DNA of 64,000 bases, from contig NMRA01000008.1 of the NCBI GenBank assembly GCA_002633005.1, forward strand, positions 502,985 through 566,984. Reading direction: 5' to 3'. The DNA is from Phoronis australis. Lineage: Eukaryota; Animalia; Phoronida. Position numbers and translations under genes: made by a program. Positions 51,301-64,000 of the stretch are shown piece by piece (the stretch's first letter is position 1; each line of letters begins with the position of its first letter). The notes below the pieces were generated by a model that worked only from the letters and a program-made list of their open reading frames with translations, made no database searches and was not told the DNA's origin.

Positions 51301-54300
51301 AAGTGTCACCTCCGCCTGCCTTAATAATGGCATATAATCCACTGCCGCTCCTCCGATTCCCACTGTTTCCTCGAGAAGGGGTTTGGCCAGACGCATCAAG
51401 AGATGACGACTGTGGGTTCTTAGAAACAGTTGCATAGATGGCATCACCATCTGAACTCGTGTCTTCTTTGGAGTTGACAACAGGTGCACTGATACCATCC
51501 GTTTCAAGTAAAATGGAGTTACTCTGACGTGACGTCTGTCCATTATGGACACTAGACTTAACCTCGCTTCGCGGCGTAGGTTTTGCATAGAGCGGCGTTT
51601 CCTGAATGTTCTCCTCAATTTCTGACGAAGCGACAGAGATGTGACTATCACTAGCAGAGTCTACGTCACTGTTGTGTTCGTTTTCCACCTCGTTAAAAAT
51701 TGACAAGGCCTGTTCCAGACTGTGCTTGGGTTCATCATTAACTGACACCTCAGGCAGACCATTGCCCACAGATTTGACAACAGCATTCTCATTTGAAGTC
51801 TGAGGGTAAAGTTCAATGTCACCCGGTCGAGGTCGCGCGACCTCAGGCGAACTCGACTGCCTCTTATTTGCAGGCACAAAGCTCGAACGAAAAATAATAT
51901 TACGATTCGTAGGCAAACCTGATGGTTCGAGCTCGGATTCAGAATTACCCCTCCAGTTGCGCTGGGGTAACCTGTATTGTAATGTTTCACTCGCTGCAAC
52001 AATCTCACCTCCACCACGAGGAGAGTGCAAACTGGCAAATGGCACATAGTCGTCGCTGCCACTATCTTGCTCATCTTGTCGAAGCTGCTGAAGTTTTTCT
52101 TGTTTCAACTTCTCCATCTCTTGCTTACGCAGAACATCCTTCTCGTATTCTTCTTTTGTTTTTAGGTGAAACGTTCCTCTGTTGTCTACAAATTCATGAG
52201 AGAATTCATTGCATGGCATGACTAAATCTACAAATGGCGACTTTAAATATGAAGACCATATGCTCTTCAAATCTACAAAGACTAACAGACAGTCTAAGTA
52301 GTTCACCACCGGTAATAGATTGATAAAACATGACTAATCAATGGCGTTCAATACTCAGCGAACACAGCATTCATTTTGTCATTGTGCGTACTAGATAAAT
52401 GAGTGCAGATTGTCATAGCCAACAGTTACAAGGTCAAAATCACATTTTGATTATCAACCCGAGCATAATAAAACAATGGTTTAAGCATTTCACAATTTCT
52501 ATTTAATTTTTCTTGGTCATGAGTGATACTTTCAGCTGGACACAGCTAAACTTTTCGTAGCCAAAAGATAACTGAACCTTTATCAAACAGAAATTCAGTA
52601 CAAACAGAGAGAAACGAAAATTACAGTCCCTAATACCACAGGCACTAATTGCCGGCATCCTTTCCTCACTGAGCAGAACCAGGCATCAAGGGAAAACAGA
52701 CAGCACACTAGTTGTACAATTAAAGTTAATTGTCTGTCTTCGTACGACCACATTGCAATATTGCCAATAACAGGAGGCGGGGGCAAAGAACTAGTTCCTT
52801 AGATTCGATTCATTGAATCACATGCAGACCTCTTTCAGAAAGCAATTCTCAATGAGCAGTTTGGAAAGCCGGTTATTTTCCACCCTAGGTAATAATTACA
52901 GTAAAGTGCTTACCATATAAAAAATAACTGGGAAATTATCAGTCATTAGAAAAAAAAAACAACACATTACTCTAAAAGCCTTACTGGGGACAGAAGCCAA
53001 AACTGTTTTTTTGGGCGGTCCATACTGATTCAGGCTCCGCCTCATGACCTGAGGTGACTGGGTCGACATGCGAGCTGAGAGCTCAGCGTACGCCTCGAGT
53101 TCCTGGCGAGACACCATGCTGTCAAACCGACCCAGATCTGTAGGACGTACGATTCCGCGGACTTCGCGAAGCAGTAGCATTTTCTCTGGCTTATCAAGGA
53201 TTGCCAAGAGAGGAGTCACCATCAACTCCACGTCTCCATTGGCAGTGTACTGGAACAAAAACACGTACAGTGGTATTAACAAAGTCATGAAGCAATCAAC
53301 CTCTGTGGCTATTATTGATTGTGAAACAAAACAAAACAAAACAAAACAAAACAAAACAAAACAAAACAAAACAATACAAAAAAGGCTATCATCACAGCAA
53401 ACAGCACAAGTCATGGATTTTTGTCAGACCGTTCAGAAACAGTTGGTAACTCGTTGTCGAATGGTCAAAAATAGCTGACTTGGGTGTCGAATTTTAGCAG
53501 ACCGACTGCAGACCTCACAGCCAACTACCTCGGAGGCTCTTGAGCATTCTTAAAAAAACACCCGTTGCCATGCCACCTCCAGTGTTTTTGATTTTCATCA
53601 TTTCGACTGAAATAATATTTACAAAGCAATCATGACATTTGGAGCAACTGTACGACAACCATTTTGAAAAGTGCGTGATTGCCATGGTAATCAGGCATTT
53701 TGCAGGCACAAATCATCAATAACGCAATTAGCTGCTCATTTTCTGTTTTAAAGCAGCATTTACATAACATCTAATAATATAAAATGCATCGTTTGCACAA
53801 ACTCCGTCTCCCCCACTCCACTTCAGACCTTCGTTGGACCCGTTTCGGAGCCGCCTTGGTCCCAGGTATTGCACCGGCCCCTTATTTGGATTCGACGTGT
53901 TCTGTTTTTTTCTCCCGGGTCGTTTTTTGGCAGACTTTATTCATTATGTGGGCTTTAAACACCACTGATTAATGTTCAACAAAGTCATGTGCACCAACTC
54001 AGCTGTAACGCATGTATTACATTGGAATAACAGGATTCTCAGCATCAGAGTAAAAAAAATACACTGTAAGGACACACAGCGCTGCTCTTAACCATTCATT
54101 GACCACTGTATGCATGCGCTGCTTATAAAGTTCGTACAAAAAGACTCACCGTGTTGATATGCCTGGAGACAGCCTCACACTCATCATCGTTCAATAACTT
54201 GCGGGCCATGTCCTGCACCATGGCTAGAGTCTGTGTCTGCATAGCCTCGTGTAACATCACCTGAGTACCTAGGCCCTTACTGAACACCTTCTGAGACCTC

Positions 54301-57300
54301 ACGCTCTGGCTGCCTGACTCTGCAAGGGAGACTAGCGAATGCATTCACTGATGGATCAAACTTCACCATTTAACAGATAGACGGCAACTGATGCGTGCAC
54401 TACCCAGGGTACAGAACTCTGGGATGTTCAACTGACTTGCCATCAACTGAAGCGGCAATTAACCGGCATTCTATTGATGAAATTAAATCCTGAATTGGAC
54501 CATTTACATAAAATTGATCTCAATTTCCACCTTAATCAGATAAGAAGTCAATTTTAGTCTCACAAAGAACTGAAACTGTTTATAGTCACCTTACTAGACA
54601 TATCATATGTTTTATGTAAAAAGGCCACATTGGGAGACTTATGAAGCACCGTCGAAAAATTCAACATGGCTGTTAGCTAGACACTTTAGTTAACATGCAA
54701 CATGAAGAAGACAGACATCAAGTTGTGGAATGAATGTTCATGGCTGGTGCCATTACTTAGCAATAATGATTGTTACCTATCGACGGCCTGGTTATATTTG
54801 AGAACCTAGCTTTCAAGTCTGGTTCCTAAATTCCAAACCAGACTTGAGGAACATTTTAATATATATCTGAAGAACACCCTGTGGATACTTCACACACTAT
54901 TTGTAAACCCAGAGTTAAAAATGTTTTATCCAGAGAATAAATACAGGTACCGCAAAATCTGCGAATCAGACAAAATCATGAGTAACAATCCAGAGTTGAA
55001 CAGAGACAGTGGTTACATATTTCCCGCCATTTACCACTGCCTCTTCTCAAGTGATAGCCACCACGTGGAGTTTGATGACCCTCAGGCACAGCCCACAGGT
55101 GACTACATGGATCCCTGCCAGTGTCCCGACGAAGAGCCCAAGATAGGCCCGAAAGCTAGGTTCTCAAATATAATCAGGCCACCGACACAAGACAATCATT
55201 GTTTCAAGTCATCAAGTTGTTCTCAATAGCAGCTTTTGAAGAAAGAGAATTGCGTTGTCAATGTGGCTTATTCGACTAATCGTCAATGACTTAACTGACG
55301 ATTTGTTAGTCATTGTACATTATGTAAATCTTTGTCTTGGAAATACAGATCGCAAACATTTGTAAGTCTGGTCAGCACGCCACCTGTTGGTCACATGATG
55401 TGGCCAACAGGTGGCTCCCAGTTTAATGCCCCACTAAGCTTACCTTCCCCTGAAGACTTTCTCGTTTCCTCTTTATCCTTCTTCTTAGTCAGGAGAGGCG
55501 GTCGTGATTTCGTTTTACCAATACTAGCACCTGAACAAAAGACAATTCACAATGCAATTAATTTGTTCATAAGCGTAAACATTCACTCTTACAACAAACA
55601 CCAGCAAATTTATATACGTTCCTACAAAGCTCTGTCCATACGTTATTTGGTAAAAGTGGGCATTTCTGTGCAAGGTTATTTGGTGATAAATGAACGCTGA
55701 GTTTATTGACAAAATGTGACACATTTGGCAGCAAATCCCCACCACCTAATCAACGGGCATGTAAGAATGACTCAAACTAAGGGGTCACGCAAACATCCGC
55801 AACTGCCTACTCTGTGTTAAATATAAGAATTGAGAGCAAAAACTAAAAATGCACAGCAGACCTTGAGACCCAGAGCCTTTGACCTTCAGTGGCTTCTTCC
55901 CAAACAACATTTCCTTGAATGTCCGCGATCGCTTGACCGCCTGTTTTTTGGCTGGACGCTCCTTACTTCTTTCCCTTTCCTTACTCGGATCTCGAGAAGT
56001 TTTCCTGGGATCAGGTTCTGTATAAACAAAGTAAAGTGGAAAACTACATTATATTGTTCTTTAAAGGGAATAGAATTTGTACAGGGTGATTCTCCCAAAA
56101 AAGGTCTCAAACCTCCGAAACTTTTAATTTTTCTTTCAACAGAGTCAAATTTTGCAGATCACAAGCTCATCCTAATGTTGAACGTTTCATACTGGTAATG
56201 TTCACAGCAGCGTCAGGGGATTTCCCAATACAAAAGGAGACAAGGGGATGTCAAAATAACGCTTGTAAAGATGGCTTAGTTGAGACAAATGTCTTAAAAC
56301 TGTAAATTCAAACACTTAAACAAAAGGAGCTAGAAAAGCCCCCCATCAGCATGCAAGCACAGCTGGATGCACCTTTCCAAACTGAAAAACGCGCTGCTCT
56401 ATGGAACACATCTGTCGAGAGCAAAATCCACACATTGCCGAAAAAATGCCGATACGCAGCAATGAACAATCTTTTCGCAATGAATGCTACAGCCTTTGTT
56501 TGCAACAGAATTATGCATAAGCTAATGTCAAGTTTCGGGTCCCTAGTTTAAGAAAAAAATTGTAAGAAAACTTTTGGGACTTGTTTCGGGGGAATCACCC
56601 TGGAGAACAAGAATAGGTTTTCACATTGCAGAAACATTTTTTGACGAGCTGCAAATGTATTGCCCTTTTGAATTGCCTACACATTTACAGATGGTAGTGG
56701 GAGAGAAAGTAAGATAGGCCTGACCTGGAAGATTTTTATATTGTACATATCCACCACAATCCACTAAAAGCAACACATTTCACAAGCACTGTCAGTACGT
56801 CTTCATTGAATTTACCACAAAAATAATTGGTGAGACTGCCACCAATCAATTCTACTTTGCTACAAATAATCAAAACTTTTACCCAATGTCATTTTAGGAC
56901 AGTTGTGCAATCCACAGTTAACCTATATCCATAATATAGAAACAGAATTTCCTTAATGTTTCTTACTGCTTAGAAATCTGGCAACATGAAAATCCACCTT
57001 TCCATCACAACCAGGCCTGAATGGGTGAAGATTTGGCAAAAAATACAAGACAGTCATAATTGAATCTTGGATAATAATCACTTACAGGAGTCCTGGATTT
57101 GAGAACCACCCGTTTTCTCCAGTGAATAACAAGCATAAAAACTTGTTCTCAAAATCCGAGTCCACTCTAAGTGACTATTGCCCAATCCTGCACCTCACAT
57201 GATGTAATTTCTCGTCACATTCTAAACAAACTACCTCCCGGTCTCCTAAAGCTCTGTACTCTGTCCACATGGTTGGGTGAAAGAAGTTCTTTCAGCCTCT

Positions 57301-60300
57301 TGGGAGACTTCTTATTATCCAGCGTCGACTTCTTGCTGTCCAGAGTCGACTTTTTACTGTCCAACGTTGACTTCTTCCTACTGTTCAGTGTTGAATGACG
57401 TGAAGACGCCAGTAAACCGCTCATATCTGGCAGGATAATCTCGTTCTGCTCAGGGAGTACTTCCTCTGTTTGTATCGCCATGCTGCAATACAGTGTTGCT
57501 AATAACAGAGTCCAACACTAACAATGTACTAAACATTTTTTAAATGTTTTGTACATTGTTACTATAGCATTGTTAGTATTGTTTATTTGATGCATGTATT
57601 ACCAAGAGTCACATACTATCATTTACTGATTGAAATATTTTTGCTTGCCCAATTAGATTGTGAACCCATGAAACCGCATCCTTTTGAAATCCTTTATAAC
57701 AGAAATATTAGAGCATGAAAATAGGCCTTAGATCTACTGTTTGTACTGGAAATTGAAATTAAATTATTTTGACATTTTCCACGATTCTATTTTTGTGAAC
57801 CCAACATAAGTGTCTATTATTGGTATTTTGTCTGATACTAAAAACAAATACTAAAAAGACTACCTGAATGAGTCAGGTTCACTTCTTGGTGTTTGCGTGC
57901 ACACTTCAATTCTACTCTCCATGGGGAACTGTGTCACTGTCCCCTCACTCTCGTATGAGCTGTCCACGTGGATGCGAGGAGGCGGGGCTGTTTGGGGACC
58001 TAAGTGGACAGACGAAAAGTTAAACTGGTTGAGTTGAAATAGTATGAAAAACACAATATTAAAAAGTGTCTAATAGGCAATACACAGAAATTGGATTTCT
58101 GAATTTACTATCAAATGATGCCATGGATGCTAAAATAATTTTCAAGCAACATAAAATGCCATCTGAGCAAACCTCTAATATTTTTTATTACAACAACTGT
58201 ATCCTGAGTTTACTAAATAAATTCTAGGCAAGACAAACCAAGAAATTCTTCACGTTGCAATATTTTTGCCACAAAATGGTTATTTACACGGCATTGAAGT
58301 TCACAATAGTAAAACCAGGACCAGTTGCAGTTGTGATAATGTAAAGAGGTTTTGAATGCTTCAATTGCGAAAATTGTTCCATTGTTGTGTGACTGTTAAC
58401 GGTATATGCATCTCAATAAAGATACATACCACAGCACAAATAGGATTCATGCATTTATAGTAAATATCACACAGTGCAAAAGTGTCCAATAATGAAAATT
58501 CTGGAAAGCATTGTAGTTTATTGGCTTATCACATACACTTTATTCGCCAGTAGTAAAAATCCCGATCCAGGAATCGAGCCCGGTATCTCCCAGCTAATAG
58601 TCGATTCCCATAATGCACTACGGTAAAATCTCAATCATTTCAGACACACTCACCAGTTTGGACAAAAAAGTATTACTCCAAGTGTCGAATTGCTGTTCTG
58701 GACATGTAGTGAATGTCGTCTTTTTTAGTTTTGCCATTTTTAAAGGTCATAGGTGCTTCATCTCATTTCCAATCAGCAACAATGACTGCTTCTTACTGGT
58801 TGGAATTACAACAGGCACTTACAACACTGCTTGGACTTTTATGACTCGTTTCTTATGTTTTTTGAGGACTAGGGAACAGAGATAGGCTTCAGTGATAAAT
58901 GCAGCCTGTCTGTGACAACACTCTTTCTCACCCATTTTAGACACTGAGGACTATAAAAACCAAATCCGCTTTTAAAAATTGATCTTTTTCGGTGTTTGAA
59001 AGGCATCAGACAAAAGAGAAATGGTGCCTATCAAATTAAGAGACAATCATAACAATTGCTTTCCAGATAGAATTTCAACCAGGTCTTTAGTTTTTACAAA
59101 AAATAGGCTTGGGCAACGAGACATATTATTTGAACTTAAAAACTTGATTACTACAGATTCTAGTTGCAAATAGACTGTGAACCAGCAGACTACTAACAGT
59201 TAGAATACATACACAACAGCAAGAGATGAGATAACAAATGAAGACACTCAGATGATTAGAGAACTTAAAACCAAACCAAGCCACATAAAATCAAACCAAA
59301 CCAAACCCTGAATGTACAGGAGAATAAAATCCACGCATTACATCTACATGTGATTAAAACAATTACCGAGTGACCTAGTGTCATGGTGAGAAGATAGACT
59401 AAGGACAGAGAAGTGTTTAGTAGCAACGCCAGAGGTCAGGTCAGGAGCAGAGTGGCAGCGACATCTGTTGAGTGAGTTTGTTGCAGCGAAATCTAGTCAG
59501 TAGCCATTACAAAAATCGATATTAGTCGACGTCTCGACAGTCTGTTCGAGATTAGTCGACTCCACGTTAGTCGACTGGATACGAGTCGACTCTATACTAG
59601 TCGACTGGATATTAGTGGCATTAGGATCAAGAGTCTGCTCGGTTTCTAATTCATGTATGTCCTCAATGTGATGCTCGTATCGAACGCTATGATTTCGTCG
59701 CATTTTTGTTCTGATTTTAACAGATCCCTCGGGACCTATGAAAAGAAGTAACTAGAGGTCAACAACATGTCAAGCAGCTGAAACAAAGCCAAACCGTTGT
59801 CTCCTTATCAGTACATTAAATCTAGCACAACCACACTAAGCAATGGATGGAGAACTAACTGTTAAAACCAGGTGAAAAACGGAATACTACATGAGACAAA
59901 GTGGAAATTTTTGTCCAAAATTGTTGCAATTTTACCGTAATAACTGCAATCAATTTAATTCGAAAATATTGGTTACATACTCAACAATGCACACTGGAAA
60001 TGAGAATGTACCCACTATTTTGCCTGTGATCAATCCTTTGTAACAATCCACACTGGTTGAGTGAAAAACACAGACTGAGCTAGTAAGAGCCAAAAATTTC
60101 TATCAAAGTATTGTATACAGAGTTATCAAAAACCACACCTTGCTTGAATTTAACAAAATGTTACCTTTATGTCACACATGCGTATCCAAACTTTAAGCGA
60201 AACAGTGCAACGTGCCAGTCTCGCCAATCTAAATACGTGCAGTACAGGTGTATAGGACAATAGGTGCAACAACAAAGAACCAGGCAGGTGAAAGCTGAAG

Positions 60301-63300
60301 AAGAAAGATAGAGAAGAAAATAACATAGCACGTATATGCAGTATAGAGAGTAGTGCCAAAGGAATACTCGTGGAGACTGGGAGAGTCATGCGACGCAGTG
60401 GCAACGGAGTACATGCGACTAATGCCCTCTAGCAGTAACTGTTGAGATTTGCCACAAACAGGCATACGCCCATTTGGTCAGGAGACAGTGGTAGTTTTAC
60501 ATTACAGACGATGAATGAAATGCAAAGACCGGATCACGGAATTCGTTTATCCGTTAGCATTCAACAGACATTGATGACACAATTTTTTTTCAAAGTTACA
60601 AAAATGAGCGACTGAGTAGTTGTGAACAAAGAAGTTACCCCATTGGCAAACTGCTTCAACTGCATCGTCCAGTATTCTTTTCAAACAAAACTTTTCACAA
60701 TGCCAAGGGATTGCCTGTATTGCCCCCTACGACTTCAAAGCAAAACTGCCAGCCGAGAAGACCAGTTGCGGTACCCACGTGACCCGACGCCGTGACTACA
60801 GAAACTCTCCCATTCATTGATATTCTAAAAGCACATTACAAGCGCAGCAAGTGCGGTATTTTTGACTGTTATGATGACAAAATGCCAAGACGCAATAAAT
60901 CTCTCAATTTGTGACAGTTAAAGATAGAAGAGACAGTTGAAAACATAACAGAGAAAAGCTCACTCAAGAAAGAAAGGAGCATAAGCTGTTTACCAACGTC
61001 AGATCCTGAAGAAGCCAAAGAGACAAAGCAGTTGACAACTCGAGAATCAAATAATGCCATAACCAGATTAGGTCAACAGGTATTATCACTTGTTGCTCAT
61101 CAGGGCCCAGTTGCATACAAGTTATACACCGTATAGCAACAATGACGTCGCATTATCACGCGTCACGTTGTTTTTGTTGAACAATGCACCTGACGTCATG
61201 CAACAATTTAACTTATCCAGCGGATAACTTTTGAAGCTTTATGCAACACAGCCCTGAAGTCCAAGTCAGCTAAACAGATTTGAAGTTGCTTTAAGTTTAA
61301 TGAAATGAGAGTTTTAGGGTTAGTCTGTTAACAGAATTGATCAATTCATATTTATGATCATGCAATTAACTGTCAGAACTTAACTAAGAAAGTTTACTCT
61401 GACTGCACATGCTACTTACGGGATCGGCGTATACTACTGTCCCTCTGCCAGCTATACTCAGCAAACAGTTCTTTAAAAGCTGGGTAACGACCAACATCCT
61501 GAAAGGCAAAAGATAGAGCAAATTTATGATATGCAACTGAACATAATTGTCATTCATTATTTGTCAACAGTAATTGTTACCTAATTTGGACAGATAGAAA
61601 TTTCCCCCAAAGGTTAGAAAGCGCTGTCGTCTCCTCAATACACACCTATTAGCCAAATTTCATGAAAATCCGTGAAAGACCTACAAAGATACTGAGGCAA
61701 GTTGCAGTTGAATCCACCTAAATATTCCCCCATGCTGTCCTATTCATGATAGGAACAAATCTGAAACATTTAACGAATTTCCGACTAGGGGTTCTGGAGA
61801 TATGTCAGCGGACTCTGGATGCCATATGGTGATGTGAGTGCATTAAAACCACCAATTTTGTCAATTACTTCTGTCGGAAATCGGTGAGATTTTATTGTAT
61901 GCACAGGATGAGTGTTTTTTAGCTTTAGGAGCCAAAAGCAACAAATTTTGATTATGAAATCATTCTTCAGGTACTTGGGACCTTCCCCGACAGTGACCAC
62001 ACTGACATGTCACTAAATACACGACTGTGACTACTTGCAAGTAATTGTTAACTTTTTGTTCACATCTTAAGATTAAAAAAATTGTTATCTATCAATCTAT
62101 AACTATTTGCAACCTACCCTGACAGTGACAACCAGCTGTGTTTGTGACTTGAGAAACTCCACGGCGTTACTGTGAGTGATGTTCTCAAACGTTTGACTGT
62201 TTACGTGGACCAGTTGGTCCCCCTCCACAATACCTTTCTGTTCGGCCAAACCCCCTCTGTCTACCCTGGTAAATGTAAAAAGATTATATTCATGTTAGCC
62301 AGTCCTCCACTACTGCGCCTGACAACAGTTTCAGCGTTCAGATATTTTGCCTGCTGCATACACAGTTACTGTCTACACAACTTTGAAGGTGAGAATGATT
62401 TGGCAGCAGTCTGTCCTCCGGACAAAATCTTTTGAACACACAAGGCTATCTGCTTTATTGTTGCACTGTGAACGACCGTCAAAGATACAGAGAGCTCGAA
62501 CGAATCGTGTTGAAGATGATTAATTGTGAACACTTGTTGTGTGTTCAACAAGTTTTGTCAAGTACTTTTAAATGTATAGACGTGTAAGCATATAAATCAT
62601 GTACTGGGGTCAACAGCGCATCCCATAAGTCCCTGCTCTTACTGTCACTTCAGTACACTAGTATCAGAGAAGCTGCAGACGTCAGACAAACTAAGCTGAA
62701 AACAATGATGGATTGTAATGGCAGTTGCCACAGCTGAAGTTGTTGGCAGTTCATGATGTCAGGTCAGGTGATTTAAGGATGCTTAACCTTGATTCGTTTC
62801 CTTTAAGCCTTATAAGGTAAAGATCAGTCAAAACTCTCGTAGAGATTAGCGACGGGGGAGAGAGGGCGAGAGAGGGGGAGNAGGGAGGGATGGAGAGATG
62901 GGAAGGGCGAGATGGAGAGATGGGAACGGAGGGATGGAGAGATGGGAAGGGCGAGATGGAGAGATGGGAAGGGACAGATGCAGAGAGAGAGATGATGGTT
63001 AAAACTGCCTACGCTTGCAACAATTCAAAATGTAACAGTATACTTTTACAAGATTACACAACAAAAATTAAACTGACAAAAAGTTAACCAAAAGATTAAA
63101 AACGACTGAAATCCCAATACACTGCATGAACAGTAAATTATAATACGAAACTTCACCAAATTGTCAAAATGGGCAATAAACTGAAAGTCCTACCTGGATA
63201 CAAATATCCCTAGACCATATTCACTGCCGCCTCGTATGTTGAAACCGAGGTACTGTTCACGTTTGGTCACTGTCAAGTTAACTCGGCGCTCAGAGTACAG

Positions 63301-63361
63301 GTGTTTCTGTGTGCTCTGGTCAAAGTTATCATTAACGATCTTCCTCATATGGGTGTCAAAC
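48306..63361 (-). CDS. PDZD7: PDZ domain-containing protein 7 (whirlin/harmonin family), 5' incomplete; exons 63361-63194, 62265-62118, 61498-61420, 57999-57864, 57482-57235, 56017-55862, 55530-55444, 54319-54150, 53249-52985, ~52227-51192, 50886-50261, 49037-48937, 48440-48306
   Basis: PDZ2 ([27 protein letters not shown]...GDQLVHVN), PDZD7-type [15 protein letters not shown], harmonin-homology domain ([34 protein letters not shown]), Pro-rich region and PDZ3 ([29 protein letters not shown]...[14 protein letters not shown]); splice phases are all compatible. The acceptor near 52227 is ambiguous. Confidence 0.92.
49060..49500. mobile_element. Harbinger-like MITE in PDZD7 intron
   Basis: ~38-bp TIRs CAGTGGCCGGTTGCATGAAACAGTCCCAAATAGGGACT / AGTCCCTATTTGGGACTGTTTCATACAACCGGCCACTG. 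Confidence 0.85.
49722..50045. mobile_element. Palindromic MITE, Kolobok-like (family of 1854-2187)
   Basis: TTAA / TCAA flanks, AGC...GCT ends, ~70-bp imperfect inverted arms plus an inner ATTCTATTTCCAT/ATGGAAATAGAAT pair. Confidence 0.65.
53324..53372. repeat. (CAAAA)n microsatellite
   Basis: About 9-10 perfect pentamer copies. Confidence 0.95.
56082..56602. mobile_element. Tc1/mariner-like MITE in PDZD7 intron
   Basis: 30-bp TIRs CAGGGTGATTCTCCCAAAAAAGGTCTCAAA vs reverse complement CAGGGTGATTCCCCCGAAACAAGTCCCAAA; TA on the left flank. Confidence 0.75.
59497..59735 (-). CDS. PDZD7: Candidate alternative (terminal) exon of PDZD7
   Basis: Acceptor CTTTTCATAG in the phase required by exon 61498-61420; open for 79 codons to a TGA; contains in-frame 15-nt repeats. 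Confidence 0.5.
61101..61256 (+). mobile_element. Short Harbinger-like MITE
   Basis: TIRs CAGGGCCCAGTTGCATA / TATGCAACACAGCCCTG; homologous to 3873-4018. Confidence 0.7.
62854..62996. repeat. GA-rich minisatellite (GATGGAGAGATGGGAAGGGCGA-like units)
   Basis: Several ~21-22-bp imperfect purine-rich units. Confidence 0.85.
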
Positions 63362-64000
63362 CTTCAACCAAGATCATTAATTTTGTTTACAACACACACA
63401 TAAACAATTAAACTTTGGATTGTCACAAGTTGTGTCTCACCAATAAGAGATGAGACTAAGTAACCCCTCTGTTTCCGATATGTTATGTCATCTGTCTGAC
63501 ACATTATAATGTTTTTCTTATACTTCATCATCCTCTGATAAACTTATAAAATTCCAGACCTTAATACAAGGCAATTAAAATGCGCAACAAACGCTACATT
63601 TAACAACCTTAAAAAATAAACGGAAATCATGCAGCTGCAATTTTTCAATAGGAAAAAGGATTCCTCATTCCACATAACTATGCCATGGATTGTGTGAAGT
63701 TTGCAGACTACTTCTGTTCCACCATTCCCAGACAGAAACTTGATTTATTCTAATTGGAAATTGGCGCTTTGAAATATGGCCGCTTATCCCAATAACAGCT
63801 GGGTGCAATACAGGCCAAAAGTATTCAGACAAAATGACCTGTACTTCCTTGCCACGGCAGCTAAGTGGAAGTTGAATACATCATCACAATGGCCTTTCCT
63901 CAAGACTGAGAATGAAAAAGAATTCTCAGAAGTTACTAAGGTGACTGATTAAAATATTTCGGGCATACTGGTCACAACCAGTCGTTTTAGCTGTTCAGAG

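Noticed and set aside
50212-52221. Several alternative-frame and antisense ORFs (e.g. 51151-51651, 50212-50643)
   Set aside because: Shadows of the large GC-richer PDZD7 exons.
58559-58625. tRNA-like sequence on the minus strand (B-box GGCTCGATTCC)
   Set aside because: The cloverleaf does not close; at most a decayed SINE head or pseudo-tRNA.
48306-63361. Assignment as whirlin or harmonin
   Set aside because: The PDZ3 and post-PDZ2 motifs match PDZD7, and the C-terminus lacks whirlin's NVML-type ending.

Overview
AT-rich, intron-containing animal (invertebrate-like) genomic DNA with one assembly gap (38229-38494). No prokaryotic-type system, CRISPR array or rRNA is visible. Four protein-coding genes are well supported: an intronless multi-pass membrane RING-H2 E3 ligase of the TRC8/RNF145 type (5122-6210, -), a four-finger C2H2 transcription factor with Glass-like last fingers (34939-35931, +), a 5-exon SPATA24 (39125-45220, +) and, convergent with it, a PDZD7 orthologue (stop at 48306, -, 5' end beyond the window; 13 exons rebuilt by hand). 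A cluster of tRNA-Gln genes (three CTG, one TTG, one pseudogene, two remnants; 22350-28324, -) has partly been amplified by a ~2.3-2.5 kb tandem duplication whose two units differ by a foldback MITE, a 46-bp triplication, a deletion and a templated-insertion scar. The remaining space is rich in non-autonomous DNA transposons (Kolobok-, hAT-, Harbinger- and mariner-like MITEs), a tRNA-derived SINE family, candidate solo LTRs and satellites. The best candidates for novelty are modest: a two-exon 86-aa orphan gene, an alternative terminal exon giving a short PDZD7 isoform, a Kolobok relic with a transposase fragment, and the recorded history of the tRNA duplication. All family assignments are from motif recognition by eye, not database searches.
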